From the IMG/VR virus record IMGVR_UViG_3300045988_053841: a stretch of 41,047 nt of DNA. One strand, written 5' to 3'. The notes under the pieces are model-generated. The model saw nothing but the letters and a program-made list of their open reading frames with translations. It made no database searches and had not been told where the DNA came from. Below are positions 23,727-32,279 of this stretch, in pieces. Source of the DNA: a virus. Position 1 is the stretch's first letter. Every line of letters starts with the position of its first letter. Made by a program: the position numbers and the translations under genes.

Positions 23727-25610
23727 ATGGCACAATTCACGGTACCGGCGGCAAGCAAGAAGTACAGCATAGTCATTGAGGCGTTCCGGGGCGTGGACCT
23801 GAACAACAGCCCCAGCAACGTGGACAAGTCCCGGTCCCCGGAGGCGCCCAACATGATACGCGACCAGGTGGGCAAGGTCCGGAAGCGGACCGGCTACACC
23901 ACGATGGTGACGGCCTACGGCAACGCGGCCATCAACGGCATCCACCGGCTGAACGGAGAGGTGCTGATCCACGCCGGCGGGAAGCTGTACCGGCGGAACA
24001 TCGGTACGGACGGCAAGTGGACGCTGGAGGCCATAGGGGACATGGCGGATGCCAGGAGCCGCAGCTTCGTCTTTGACGAGAAGCTGTATCTGCTGGATGG
24101 CAGCGTGTACCGCGTCTACGACGGCACGACGCTTTCGGCGGTGAGCGACAACGCCACGGTGCCGACGATCATCATCTCCCGCCGCCCCACCGGCGGCGGA
24201 ACGGCCTATCAGGGGCTGAACCTCATCGGAAAGAAGTGGACGGAGAGCTTCCTCGGCACGAAGGATGCCACGGTGTACCAGCTGACCACGGAGGGGCTGG
24301 ACAGTGATCCTGTGACGGCAGAGGTACTGAACAGCGACGGCGAATGGGTGGCCAAGGTGGAAAACACGGACTTCACCGTGGACAGGCAAGCGGGGAAGGT
24401 GACGTTCAACACCGCGCCAGGCGAGAGCCCGGTGACAGGACAGGACAACGTACACATCACCGCCTCCAAGACGCGGGAGGGGTACGCGGACACCATCAAC
24501 CACTGCACCATCCCGGCGGTGTACGGCGTGGGAGGTGCCACGGACCGGGCGTTCCTTAGCGGGAACAGCGATAAGAAAGGCACGGACTTCTACAGCGAGT
24601 TCGACGATCCGGCCTTTTTCCCGGACACCAACTACACCAAGATCGCCCGCGACGGCGGCGAGGTGGTGGGCTACACCGTACTCAGCAATACGCTGGCGGC
24701 GTTCCTCACCGGCAGCGCCGACGGCCGGAACGTGGTGGTGCGTACCGGCTCGCTGAATGAGGACGGCGAGGCGGTGTTCCGCATCACCAACACCATCATC
24801 GGACAGGACGCGGTGGCGCCGGACACCTTCTGCCGGACGGACAAGGAGCCGCTGTTCCTGACGGACCGCGGCGTGTTCGCCATCACGGCGGAGGAGTTGA
24901 CCGGCGAGAAGTACAGCCAGGAACGCAGCTACTACATCGGCAGCGCCATCCGCGAGGCGGAGAACCGCAGTGCGGCCAGCGCGTGCATCTACGGCGACTT
25001 CTACGCCATGGCGCTGGACGGCACGGTGTATCTGCTGGACCTGCAGCAGAAGACCTACGAGAAAAACAGCCCCTACAGCAGCTTTCAGTATGAGTGCTAC
25101 TACTTCCCGGACATCCCGGCCCGCGTCATGTTCACGGACAAGGACGGCGCGCTGTGCTTCGGCACGGCGGACGGGAAGCTGTGCCGGTTTGCTTCGGATC
25201 CGGACAGCCCGGCCAGCTACAACGATGACGGCGCGGCCATCACGGCGTACTGGGACACGGCGGACTTCGACGGCAATCTGTTCTTCCAGACAAAGTCCTT
25301 CACGGGAGTGGCCGCCCGACTGGCGGCGGCACCTGTTACCGGTGTGAAGATCTACGCGCTGGTGCGGGGTATCTGGAAGCAGGTGTACGACGCCAAGAGC
25401 AAGGCCCGGTATCTGAGCTTCGACTACATCGACTTCGGAAAGTTCACCTTCAGCGGAGATCAGACGCCGCGCACGCTGTACGGCAAGGTGAAGCTGAAAA
25501 AGGTGGATAAGGTGCGGTTCCGGCTGCGGAACGACGAGGTGAACGAGCCCTTCGGCCTGTACGCCTTCGGCGTGCAGTACAAGGAACCGGGCACCAACTA
25601 CAGGAGATAA
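23727..25610 (+). CDS. Large tail/adaptor structural protein (beta-propeller-like)
   Basis: 627 aa in the structural operon. No tail tube, sheath or tape-measure set follows it. Confidence 0.45.
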   Translation: MAQFTVPAASKKYSIVIEAFRGVDLNNSPSNVDKSRSPEAPNMIRDQVGKVRKRTGYTTMVTAYGNAAINGIHRLNGEVLIHAGGKLYRRNIGTDGKWTLEAIGDMADARSRSFVFDEKLYLLDGSVYRVYDGTTLSAVSDNATVPTIIISRRPTGGGTAYQGLNLIGKKWTESFLGTKDATVYQLTTEGLDSDPVTAEVLNSDGEWVAKVENTDFTVDRQAGKVTFNTAPGESPVTGQDNVHITASKTREGYADTINHCTIPAVYGVGGATDRAFLSGNSDKKGTDFYSEFDDPAFFPDTNYTKIARDGGEVVGYTVLSNTLAAFLTGSADGRNVVVRTGSLNEDGEAVFRITNTIIGQDAVAPDTFCRTDKEPLFLTDRGVFAITAEELTGEKYSQERSYYIGSAIREAENRSAASACIYGDFYAMALDGTVYLLDLQQKTYEKNSPYSSFQYECYYFPDIPARVMFTDKDGALCFGTADGKLCRFASDPDSPASYNDDGAAITAYWDTADFDGNLFFQTKSFTGVAARLAAAPVTGVKIYALVRGIWKQVYDAKSKARYLSFDYIDFGKFTFSGDQTPRTLYGKVKLKKVDKVRFRLRNDEVNEPFGLYAFGVQYKEPGTNYRR

Positions 25611-25622
25611 GGCGGTGAACAC

Positions 25623-27419
25623 ATGGGACTGAGCGATTTCAAGATCACGGATGCCGACATTACCAGTAAAGGCGTACAGGCATCCCCGGACCAACTCAGC
25701 GGCACGGCTGAGGACAACAAAAAGGTCTTTGACCGGCTCACCTCCGGGCCGGTGAGAGACGGGCACAACAAGCTCATCGACGCGCTGGTCGCGCTGGGCG
25801 TAGAGCAGCTGATCCAGTACGGCAGCGAGAACATCAAGTACATCCGGCTGAATGCGGACGAGCACATCGAGGTATCCTCGGACGGCGCGACATGGACGGA
25901 GGTGGCCTCGTCCGGGCACCTGATCTACGACGCGGCGGGGCAGCAGATGCCGCAGCGGAGCCGGCTGAAGTTCGGCGGGGCCAGTGTGGTGACGGACGAC
26001 GGCACCTACACCATCGTATCCGGCGTGAAGGGCGACAAGGGCGCTACCGGCGCGAAGGGCGACAAGGGCGAGAAGGGCGACACCGGCGACCAGGGACCGC
26101 AGGGCGCGGCATGGTATCCGGCGGTGGACGGCCTGGGCAACCTGACGTTCGTGCTGAGCGAGACGGCCACGCCGCCGCCCGCCTACAACATCCGCGGCCC
26201 CCAAGGCCCCCAGGGCGTACAGGGTTTGCAGGGCGCCACAGGCGCAACAGGCCCGCAGGGTATCCAGGGCCCCCGCGGTTTGCAGGGCGCCAAGGGCGAG
26301 AAGGGCGCCACCGGCGCCACAGGTGCCACCGGACCTGCCGGTCCCGCCGGCGCACAGGGCGCACAGGGCATACAGGGCCCCCAGGGCGAGACCGGCCCGC
26401 AGGGTGCGACCGGTGCCACCGGTCCTGCCGGTCCTACCGGGCCGCAGGGCCAGAAGGGCGATCCCGGCGAGGACGGCAAGTCCTTCACCGTTCAGGACAT
26501 TTACCCGACGCTGGCGGCGCTGAAGCAAGCGTTCCCCACCGGCAACGAGTACGCCTACCAGGTGACGGCGGAGGACGATGAGATCTTTATATGGTCTGAG
26601 CTGGCCACGGACTGGGTGAGCCTCGGCAAGCTGCAGGGCCCGCAGGGCCCACAGGGCCCCACCGGCGCCACCGGCGCACAGGGCCCCAAGGGAGACACCG
26701 GCCCACAGGGGCCGCAGGGCGTGCAGGGTATCCAGGGCGAAAAGGGCGAGCAGGGCGCTACCGGCGCGACGGGCCCCACCGGCCCTACCGGCCCGGAGGG
26801 ACCGGAAGGTCCCCAGGGCCCCCAGGGCGAGACAGGCCCGCAGGGCGAGCAGGGCATCCAGGGCCCGCAGGGCGAGGCGGGCGAGAGTGCCTACACCGCC
26901 GCCAGCAAGGGCGGCTACGCCGGCACGGAGACGCAGTTCAACAACGACCTGGCCAAGATCGGGAACAAGGCGGACAAGATGGTGCCCGCAGCGGCGGGCA
27001 ACCTGGCCGCGCTGGACGCGGCGGGCAATCTGTCCGACAGCGGCAAGAAGGTGGGCGACTTCCAGACCAAGGTGACGGCCAGCGGCCTGCTGAAGGGCGA
27101 CGGAAATGGCGGCGTGACCGCGGCGGCGGCAGGCACGGACTACTCCGGCCCCAAGGTCACGGTGACGGCCACGCTGCTGGCGTCCGGCTGGACGGGCAGC
27201 GAGGCGCCCTTTGTGTACACGCTGGCCATCGCCGGTGTGACGGCCACCAGCTACCAGGAGCTGCTGCCGGCGGTGAACATCACGGCGGAGCAGCTGAAGG
27301 CATTGCAGGCGGCCAACATCACGGACGGCGGACAGGCGGCGGGCAGCATGACGCTGAAGGCCTACGGCAAGGTGCCCACCGTGGACATTCCCATCCGTGT
27401 GATCAAGGAGGGAGAGTAA
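25623..27419 (+). CDS. Collagen-like triple-helix-repeat tail fibre protein
   Basis: Three uninterrupted Gly-X-Y runs of about 28, 93 and 84 aa. Confidence 0.8.
   Translation: MGLSDFKITDADITSKGVQASPDQLSGTAEDNKKVFDRLTSGPVRDGHNKLIDALVALGVEQLIQYGSENIKYIRLNADEHIEVSSDGATWTEVASSGHLIYDAAGQQMPQRSRLKFGGASVVTDDGTYTIVSGVKGDKGATGAKGDKGEKGDTGDQGPQGAAWYPAVDGLGNLTFVLSETATPPPAYNIRGPQGPQGVQGLQGATGATGPQGIQGPRGLQGAKGEKGATGATGATGPAGPAGAQGAQGIQGPQGETGPQGATGATGPAGPTGPQGQKGDPGEDGKSFTVQDIYPTLAALKQAFPTGNEYAYQVTAEDDEIFIWSELATDWVSLGKLQGPQGPQGPTGATGAQGPKGDTGPQGPQGVQGIQGEKGEQGATGATGPTGPTGPEGPEGPQGPQGETGPQGEQGIQGPQGEAGESAYTAASKGGYAGTETQFNNDLAKIGNKADKMVPAAAGNLAALDAAGNLSDSGKKVGDFQTKVTASGLLKGDGNGGVTAAAAGTDYSGPKVTVTATLLASGWTGSEAPFVYTLAIAGVTATSYQELLPAVNITAEQLKALQAANITDGGQAAGSMTLKAYGKVPTVDIPIRVIKEGE
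26022..26105 (+). repeat. Gly-X-Y collagen-like repeat segment 1
   Basis: [28 protein letters not shown]. Confidence 0.85.
26196..26474 (+). repeat. Gly-X-Y collagen-like repeat segment 2 (about 31 triplets)
   Basis: [28 protein letters not shown]...GQKGDPGED. Confidence 0.85.
26637..26888 (+). repeat. Gly-X-Y collagen-like repeat segment 3 (about 28 triplets)
   Basis: [22 protein letters not shown]...[12 protein letters not shown]. Confidence 0.85.
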
Positions 27420-27423
27420 AGAA

Positions 27424-28437
27424 ATGCCTACTATCATTCGATTTGGCGGCGGCGCCGGGGACGGCGCGCAGAAGCTGCTGGTGAACGTGGACAGCGGCGC
27501 CGTGGTGACAGCCAAGAAGGGCAGCTACGCAGTGAGTGCCGTAAGCGAGAACGGCCAGGCGGTGCTGGAGCTGGACGAGGCGGGCACCTACACGGTGAGC
27601 GCCAGCAAGGACGGCACCACCACGCCGGACGTGAAGACGGCCACGGTGCCGCAGGAGCTTACCCTCAGCTTCGTGGCGGCGGAGCTGAACACCAACAGCT
27701 GGGAGATGATCAAGGCGGTATCGGACGCCGGGCAGGGGGCCAACTACTGGTCCGTGGGAGACACGAAGGACGTGACGCTCTCCGGCACCTGGCAGAGCCT
27801 CAACGTGTCCAATGTGACCGTCAAGGCGTTCATCATAGGCTTTGACCACAACAGCGCCGTGGAGGGTGAGCACCGCATCCACTTCCTTATGGGCAAGATC
27901 GGCACCGCCATGGTGGCCTTCTGCGACAGCCAGTACGGCAACCAGACCAGCGGCGCGTACTTCACCATGAACACCGCGAACACCAACTCCGGCGGCTGGG
28001 AGGCCTCCCGAATGCGGAAGACGGTGCTGGGCAATAGCAACACACCGGACGTGCCCCTGGAGGGCAGCCTTATAGCGGTGCTGCCGGAGGAGCTGCGGGC
28101 GGTGATGAAGCCGGTGACGAAGTGGACGCAGAACAGCGCGATAGCAGCGACTGCCACCACGGACTACGCGTTCCTCATGGCGGAGTTTGAAATATTCGGC
28201 AAGCGGACGTATGCCTACACCACCGAGCAAGATAAGCAGGCGCAGTACAACTACTTCAAGGCAGGCAACCCCAGGGTGTTCTACAAGCACTCGGCGACCA
28301 CCACGGCGGTCATTGCCTGGCTGCGCTCGCCGTATGCCAGCTACAGCTACTATTTCTGCAGTGTGACCGCGTCGGGCGCCGCGTACTACTCCAATGCCAG
28401 CATTTCGCTTGGCGTCGCCCCCGGCTTTTGCGCGTGA
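27424..28437 (+). CDS. DGR variable protein 1 (receptor-binding candidate), DUF6273-like / C-type-lectin-fold-like C-terminus
   Basis: The C-terminus AWLRSPYASYSYYFCSVTASGAAYYSNASISLGVAPGFCA is encoded by VR1. It lies at the end of the fibre module and directly upstream of the Avd-like gene, TR and RT. Confidence 0.88.
   Translation: MPTIIRFGGGAGDGAQKLLVNVDSGAVVTAKKGSYAVSAVSENGQAVLELDEAGTYTVSASKDGTTTPDVKTATVPQELTLSFVAAELNTNSWEMIKAVSDAGQGANYWSVGDTKDVTLSGTWQSLNVSNVTVKAFIIGFDHNSAVEGEHRIHFLMGKIGTAMVAFCDSQYGNQTSGAYFTMNTANTNSGGWEASRMRKTVLGNSNTPDVPLEGSLIAVLPEELRAVMKPVTKWTQNSAIAATATTDYAFLMAEFEIFGKRTYAYTTEQDKQAQYNYFKAGNPRVFYKHSATTTAVIAWLRSPYASYSYYFCSVTASGAAYYSNASISLGVAPGFCA
28305..28428 (+). repeat. 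DGR variable repeat VR1
   Basis: Matches the TR except at TR adenines. TR AAT/AAC/ACG codons appear as TAT, TAC, TAC, TAT, AGT, ACC, GCG, TAC, TAC, TCC, AAT and ATT. Confidence 0.88.
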
Positions 28438-28466
28438 TCGGGCGAAGCCCGGCATCGGAAAGACTA

Positions 28467-28489
28467 TCCCCCGGCGGAAGCCGGGGGGA
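28467..28489 (+). other. GC-rich hairpin with a GGAA loop downstream of VR1
   Basis: CCCCCGGC (28468-28475), loop GGAA, GCCGGGGG (28480-28487). It lies within the conserved 45-nt block 28454-28498. Confidence 0.6.
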
Positions 28490-28509
28490 CGAAAGGAGAA
28501 GGATCCGAA

Positions 28510-29013
28510 ATGAGCGTACCGACCTATAAGAGGCAGAAGCCGGATCCGAACAACCCGCGGGATCCGGAGTTCGTGCTGCTGAGCAAGAAGCTGTATGTGG
28601 AGGTCATCGACCTGCTCTCGTGCATGAGCGCACGGTACGGCCGCCTGATCGCCGTACCGACGGCGGAGCTGGCCGGGGAGGTGCAGGACTACGCCGTGAA
28701 GGCCAACGACGTGTTCCCCAGCGACGGGCAGAAGCTGGCGCTGCGGCGGGAGTACCTGCTGCGCTGCCACGCTGCGGCCAAGGCGCTGGGCGAGCGGATG
28801 GACAAGGTACATGAGGTGCTGCGGTCCAACCCGGAGGGCGCCTTCCGCAACGGCAAGGGTGTGACACTGGGCGCGGAGGCGGCGCTGAAGAAGCTGCACC
28901 GGATGGAAACGGACGTAGGTGCCGACTGCGTGGCGCTGCGTAAGAAGCTGGAGGCGGTGGCCGACAGCGACAAGCGCCGGTATATGGCACAGGAAAAGAA
29001 AAGGAAGTCATAA
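28510..29013 (+). CDS. avd: Accessory variability determinant (Avd)-like protein
   Basis: 167-aa basic, predicted helical protein in the canonical slot between the VR and the TR. The call rests mainly on position. Confidence 0.6.
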   Translation: MSVPTYKRQKPDPNNPRDPEFVLLSKKLYVEVIDLLSCMSARYGRLIAVPTAELAGEVQDYAVKANDVFPSDGQKLALRREYLLRCHAAAKALGERMDKVHEVLRSNPEGAFRNGKGVTLGAEAALKKLHRMETDVGADCVALRKKLEAVADSDKRRYMAQEKKRKS

Positions 29014-29063
29014 GAGTATGGGTGTGTCTCTGAATAAGTGCCCGGTCGTGTTGAGGGCGGGAG

Positions 29064-29188
29064 GCGGTCAATGCCTGGCTGCGCTCGCCGAATGCCAGCA
29101 ACAGCAACAATTTCTGCAATGTGAACACGTCGGGCGCCGCGAACAACAACAATGCCAGCAATTCGCTTGGCGTCGCCCCCGGATTTCG
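29064..29188 (+). repeat. DGR template repeat (TR)
   Basis: About 125 bp, homologous to VR1 and VR2. It carries 11 AAY codons (reading NASNSNNFCNVNTSGAANNNNASNS) at exactly the positions where the VRs differ. It is non-coding (not part of any supported gene) and lies upstream of the RT. Confidence 0.88.
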
Positions 29189-29315
29189 TGCCCCCTCTAC
29201 GCTTGGAGGGTGAGCAGGTCGAACAGCAACAGGACCTTGCGCGAAAGGAGAGGCACTTCCCGCGACGGCGCACGCCGTCCAAAACCGTCTTCCGCACCGC
29301 TGCACGGACGCTTGC

Positions 29316-29340
29316 CGGAACGCCAAGGAACGGCGTTCCG
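29316..29340 (+). other. Perfect 9-bp hairpin in the TR-RT spacer (candidate DGR RNA structural element)
   Basis: CGGAACGCC (29316-29324), 7-nt loop, GGCGTTCCG (29332-29340). Confidence 0.4.
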
Positions 29341-29466
29341 ACACACCCGCCGGGGCTATGGCGGGCGCTTGCATGGCGGAGAATGTGCCTACCTCCGTTT
29401 CATGTGCCGCGGGAGAGCAGAGAACACGCCGGGCGGCACGGCCCGACGCTGCCGGGAGACTACCAC

Positions 29467-30588
29467 ATGACAAGCGCGGAGCGCCGGGAGGGGCGCTATC
29501 AACGACGGAAGGCACGGCGGCAGGAGCGCAGGCAGCGGCGCATGGCGGCGCTGGGCACGATAGAGGACATCGCCCGGTTCGACCGGATGTACCAATGCGG
29601 AAAGGACTGCTGCCGGGGCGTGCGGTGGAAAACCAGCATACAGGCCTTCGAGGCGGAGCTGTTTCTACGGACGGCGCAGAGCTGCCGCCTGGTGGAAAGC
29701 GGTGCGTGGCACCCGCAGCGGAAGCCGGTACACTTCACCGTGATGGAGCGTGGCAAGGTACGGCCTATCGACGCGCCCCACGTGGACGACAGGCAGGTGC
29801 AGAAGGTACACAGCCGGTTTGTCCTCGCGCCGTGCTACGGCCCCGCCATGATCTACGACAACGGGGCCAGCCAACAGGGCAGGGGCCTGGAGTTCGCCTA
29901 CCGGCGGCTGAAAAGGGCACTGATGCGGCACTACCGCCGCTATGGCCGGGAGGGCAGCGTGATCCTGTGCGACCTCAAGGAGTTCTTTCCCTCGGCGCCG
30001 CGAGAGGCACTGCTGGACCGCCACCGGCGGTATATGCCGGAGGGGCCCATCCGGGCACTGGCGGACGAGATGGTGCTGACGGCGCCGGAGACAGAGCCGG
30101 GCCGGGGTATGCCGCTGGGCATGGAGCAGAGCCAGCAGGAGATGGTGGCTCTGCCATCGGCGGTGGATAACTGGCTGCGGTGCCAGATGCACCTGGAGGC
30201 ACAGCACTACATGGACGACTATGTGATCCTGGTGCCGCCGGGCGTGGACGCGGCGGCGGTGCTGGAGGCGTTCATCGCACGGTGCGAGGCGCTGGGGCTG
30301 CGGGTAAACCGCAGGAAGTGCCGCTATGCACCGCTGCGGCGGCCCTTCCGCTACTGCAAGACGAAGTTCCATGTGACGGAGTCCGGGCGGGTGGTGACGC
30401 ACCGCACCGGGGACGCACAGAGGCGCTGCCGGCGGAAAATGCGCCTGCTGGCCGCCAGGGGCGACTGGGAGGGCGTAAGGGCGCAGATCGTGAGCGCCAA
30501 GGGCTACTACAAGAGACACAACGACAACGGACGTTTGACAGCGCTGCGGGCGCTGCACAGCGCACTGCGAAAGGAGAGGGCAGCATGA
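29467..30588 (+). CDS. DGR reverse transcriptase
   Basis: YMDDYVI catalytic box, LGMEQSQ (the DGR-type LGxxxSQ motif), and a basic N-terminus. It lies immediately downstream of the TR. ATG 29467 is taken as the start; the track ORF extension spans the TR. Confidence 0.88.
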   Translation: MTSAERREGRYQRRKARRQERRQRRMAALGTIEDIARFDRMYQCGKDCCRGVRWKTSIQAFEAELFLRTAQSCRLVESGAWHPQRKPVHFTVMERGKVRPIDAPHVDDRQVQKVHSRFVLAPCYGPAMIYDNGASQQGRGLEFAYRRLKRALMRHYRRYGREGSVILCDLKEFFPSAPREALLDRHRRYMPEGPIRALADEMVLTAPETEPGRGMPLGMEQSQQEMVALPSAVDNWLRCQMHLEAQHYMDDYVILVPPGVDAAAVLEAFIARCEALGLRVNRRKCRYAPLRRPFRYCKTKFHVTESGRVVTHRTGDAQRRCRRKMRLLAARGDWEGVRAQIVSAKGYYKRHNDNGRLTALRALHSALRKERAA

Positions 30589-30986
30589 GGTATGTATGTC
30601 ACAGACGTGCGCGGTTCGAGGGTATATCCGGCAGGGTGAACATCCCCTACGGCGCCGCGCTGGAGAGGCGGGGCGACTTCCTGTACTACCAGGGACGGCA
30701 GCTCTGCGCGGCCGGGAGCCAGCGGGCCCATGAGCATTTCAAGCGGGACGACGATGGGCAGGGCCTGCGGCGTGGGGCGCTGACGGAGGCCATCTGCAAA
30801 ACGCTGGAGCGCCGGGACGCCGGGCACCAGGACCGATGGGACCGGGTGTGGGCGGACAAGCTGTGCGGGAAGTACCGGCACCCGGACCACGAGGACCACT
30901 TCCTGTGGGGCAACGCCTTCTTCGCGGCGCCCATCGCAGATCTGAACTACATCGCCGCGCTGGTGGGCGCGGGAAAGGAGCGTTAG
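30585..30986 (+). CDS. Hypothetical protein (133 aa)
   Basis: ATGA overlap with the RT stop codon. Confidence 0.5.
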   Translation: MRYVCHRRARFEGISGRVNIPYGAALERRGDFLYYQGRQLCAAGSQRAHEHFKRDDDGQGLRRGALTEAICKTLERRDAGHQDRWDRVWADKLCGKYRHPDHEDHFLWGNAFFAAPIADLNYIAALVGAGKER

Positions 30987-30989
30987 ACC

Positions 30990-31637
30990 ATGTATGTATT
31001 CAAGAGGGGCGGCCAGGAGGTGGCCGCGCAGGAATGGCCGGTATGGGTGCGGCTGCTGGAAAACGGCTGCTACGGCCTCTGTAACGCCGCTGACGCGCAG
31101 GGCGTCGTGCTGGGAGGGACGGTATACTCCCTGAGCAACCGGACGCCCATGGAGGGCACAGAAGAGGTCGCGGCGGAGGTCGTGGAGAGCGTGCCGTACC
31201 TGCGGGAGAAGATGGACACGCTGGAGAGCCGACTGGCCGTGCAGACGTCGGCCACGGAAGTGGCCTTTGTGACGCTGGCGGAGGCGGGGACCATCGACCA
31301 GGCCACGGCGGGAGAACACCGGACAATGTTCGCCGCGTGGACCGCAGGCGCGGCCTATACGGTGGGCCAGCTCCGCAACTACGGCGAGAAGCTGTACCGC
31401 TGCGTACAGGCCCACACGTCCCAGACCGGCTGGGAGCCGGACAAGGCGGCATCCCTGTGGGCGGCGGCAGCGGATCCGGCGGAGGCGTGGCCGGCGTGGA
31501 GCCAGCCCACCGGCGCGCACGATGCCTACGGCGCCGGGGACAGGGTGAGCCACAACGGCAAGCACTGGACCAGCGACGCGGACGGCAACGTGTGGGAGCC
31601 GGGCGTGTACGGCTGGACGGAGAATGCCGATGGGTGA
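30990..31637 (+). CDS. Protein with two C-terminal CBM5/12-like carbohydrate-binding repeats
   Basis: WTAGAAYTVGQLRNYGEKLYRCVQAHTSQTGWEPDKAASLW and AYGAGDRVSHNGKHWTSDADGNVWEPGVYGW fit the CBM5/12 aromatic pattern. Confidence 0.6.
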   Translation: MYVFKRGGQEVAAQEWPVWVRLLENGCYGLCNAADAQGVVLGGTVYSLSNRTPMEGTEEVAAEVVESVPYLREKMDTLESRLAVQTSATEVAFVTLAEAGTIDQATAGEHRTMFAAWTAGAAYTVGQLRNYGEKLYRCVQAHTSQTGWEPDKAASLWAAAADPAEAWPAWSQPTGAHDAYGAGDRVSHNGKHWTSDADGNVWEPGVYGWTENADG

Positions 31638-31773
31638 GCTGGAGGTCATTGAGGCGCTGTGCTGCCTGGTGGAACGCGCCGTGGCCGTGATACGAGATGA
31701 ACAGACGAAGGAAGCGCTGCTGCGGGAGCTGGACGCTGCCACAGGGGCGGAGGACATGACGGAAGCGCCCTGA
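31630..31773 (+). CDS. Possible small protein (47 aa)
   Basis: ATG at 31630 overlaps the end of the previous gene. It lies upstream of the holin. Sequence MGELEVIEALCCLVERAV... Confidence 0.35.
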   Translation: MGELEVIEALCCLVERAVAVIRDEQTKEALLRELDAATGAEDMTEAP

Positions 31774-31796
31774 CCGGGCGCGGAAAGGAGCAAGAC

Positions 31797-32279
31797 ATGA
31801 AAGAGACTATGAACCCCATTTCTGCGGCGGCGGCCGCCGCGCTGGGCGTGCTGAGCGCCTACATGGTGCAGCTTGTCATCCCTCTTATTGTGCTGGTAGC
31901 GGCTATGCTGGTGGACTACGGCACGGGGATGGCCAAGGCGTGGTCTGCCGGTGAGCTGTGCAGCCGGACGGGCATCAAGGGCATCCTCAAGAAGGTGGGC
32001 TATCTTGTGATCGTGCTGGTAGCGATGGGTGCGGACTACCTGCTGCGCTACGGCATGGAGCAGGTGGGCATCCACATCAACGTGGATTTCCTCATCGCAG
32101 CTATTGTGATCGCGTGGCTGATCATTAACGAATTGATCTCCATTCTCGAGAACGTGGCGGCCATCGGCGCGCCGGTGCCAAAGTTCCTGGTGACGCTCAT
32201 TAAAAAGCTGAAGAACGTCACAGAGAGCCACGCGGAGACTGTGGCGGCGGACACGGAGGGCGCGAACGATGAAAATTAA
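31797..32279 (+). CDS. Holin (phage_holin_4 / TcdE-like)
   Basis: Three to four TM helices and the NELISILEN motif. It lies directly upstream of, and overlaps, the amidase gene. Confidence 0.8.
   Translation: MKETMNPISAAAAAALGVLSAYMVQLVIPLIVLVAAMLVDYGTGMAKAWSAGELCSRTGIKGILKKVGYLVIVLVAMGADYLLRYGMEQVGIHINVDFLIAAIVIAWLIINELISILENVAAIGAPVPKFLVTLIKKLKNVTESHAETVAADTEGANDEN

Noticed and set aside
26022-26888. Periodic 9-bp-type repetition that could be mistaken for a CRISPR or tandem-repeat array
   Set aside because: The periodicity is the Gly-X-Y codon register inside an intact ORF. There are no unit-length repeats separated by unique spacers.
21951-27515. 1854-aa ORF on the minus strand
   Set aside because: It runs antisense to six well-supported + strand structural genes (RBS, coupling and recognisable domains such as the collagen repeats). 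Its translation is Arg/Ala/Gly/Leu/His low-complexity. Long open antisense frames are expected opposite GC3-rich coding sequence.
29040-29200. TR region read as a decayed third paralogue (pseudogene) of the WLRSP...GVAPGF C-terminus, or as part of ORF 28919..29470
   Set aside because: It has no upstream coding body or start codon. Its differences from the two VRs are confined to adenines, with 11 AAY codons, which is the signature of a DGR template and not of neutral decay. The 28919..29470 ORF is in a different frame and is Gln/Arg/Cys-rich.
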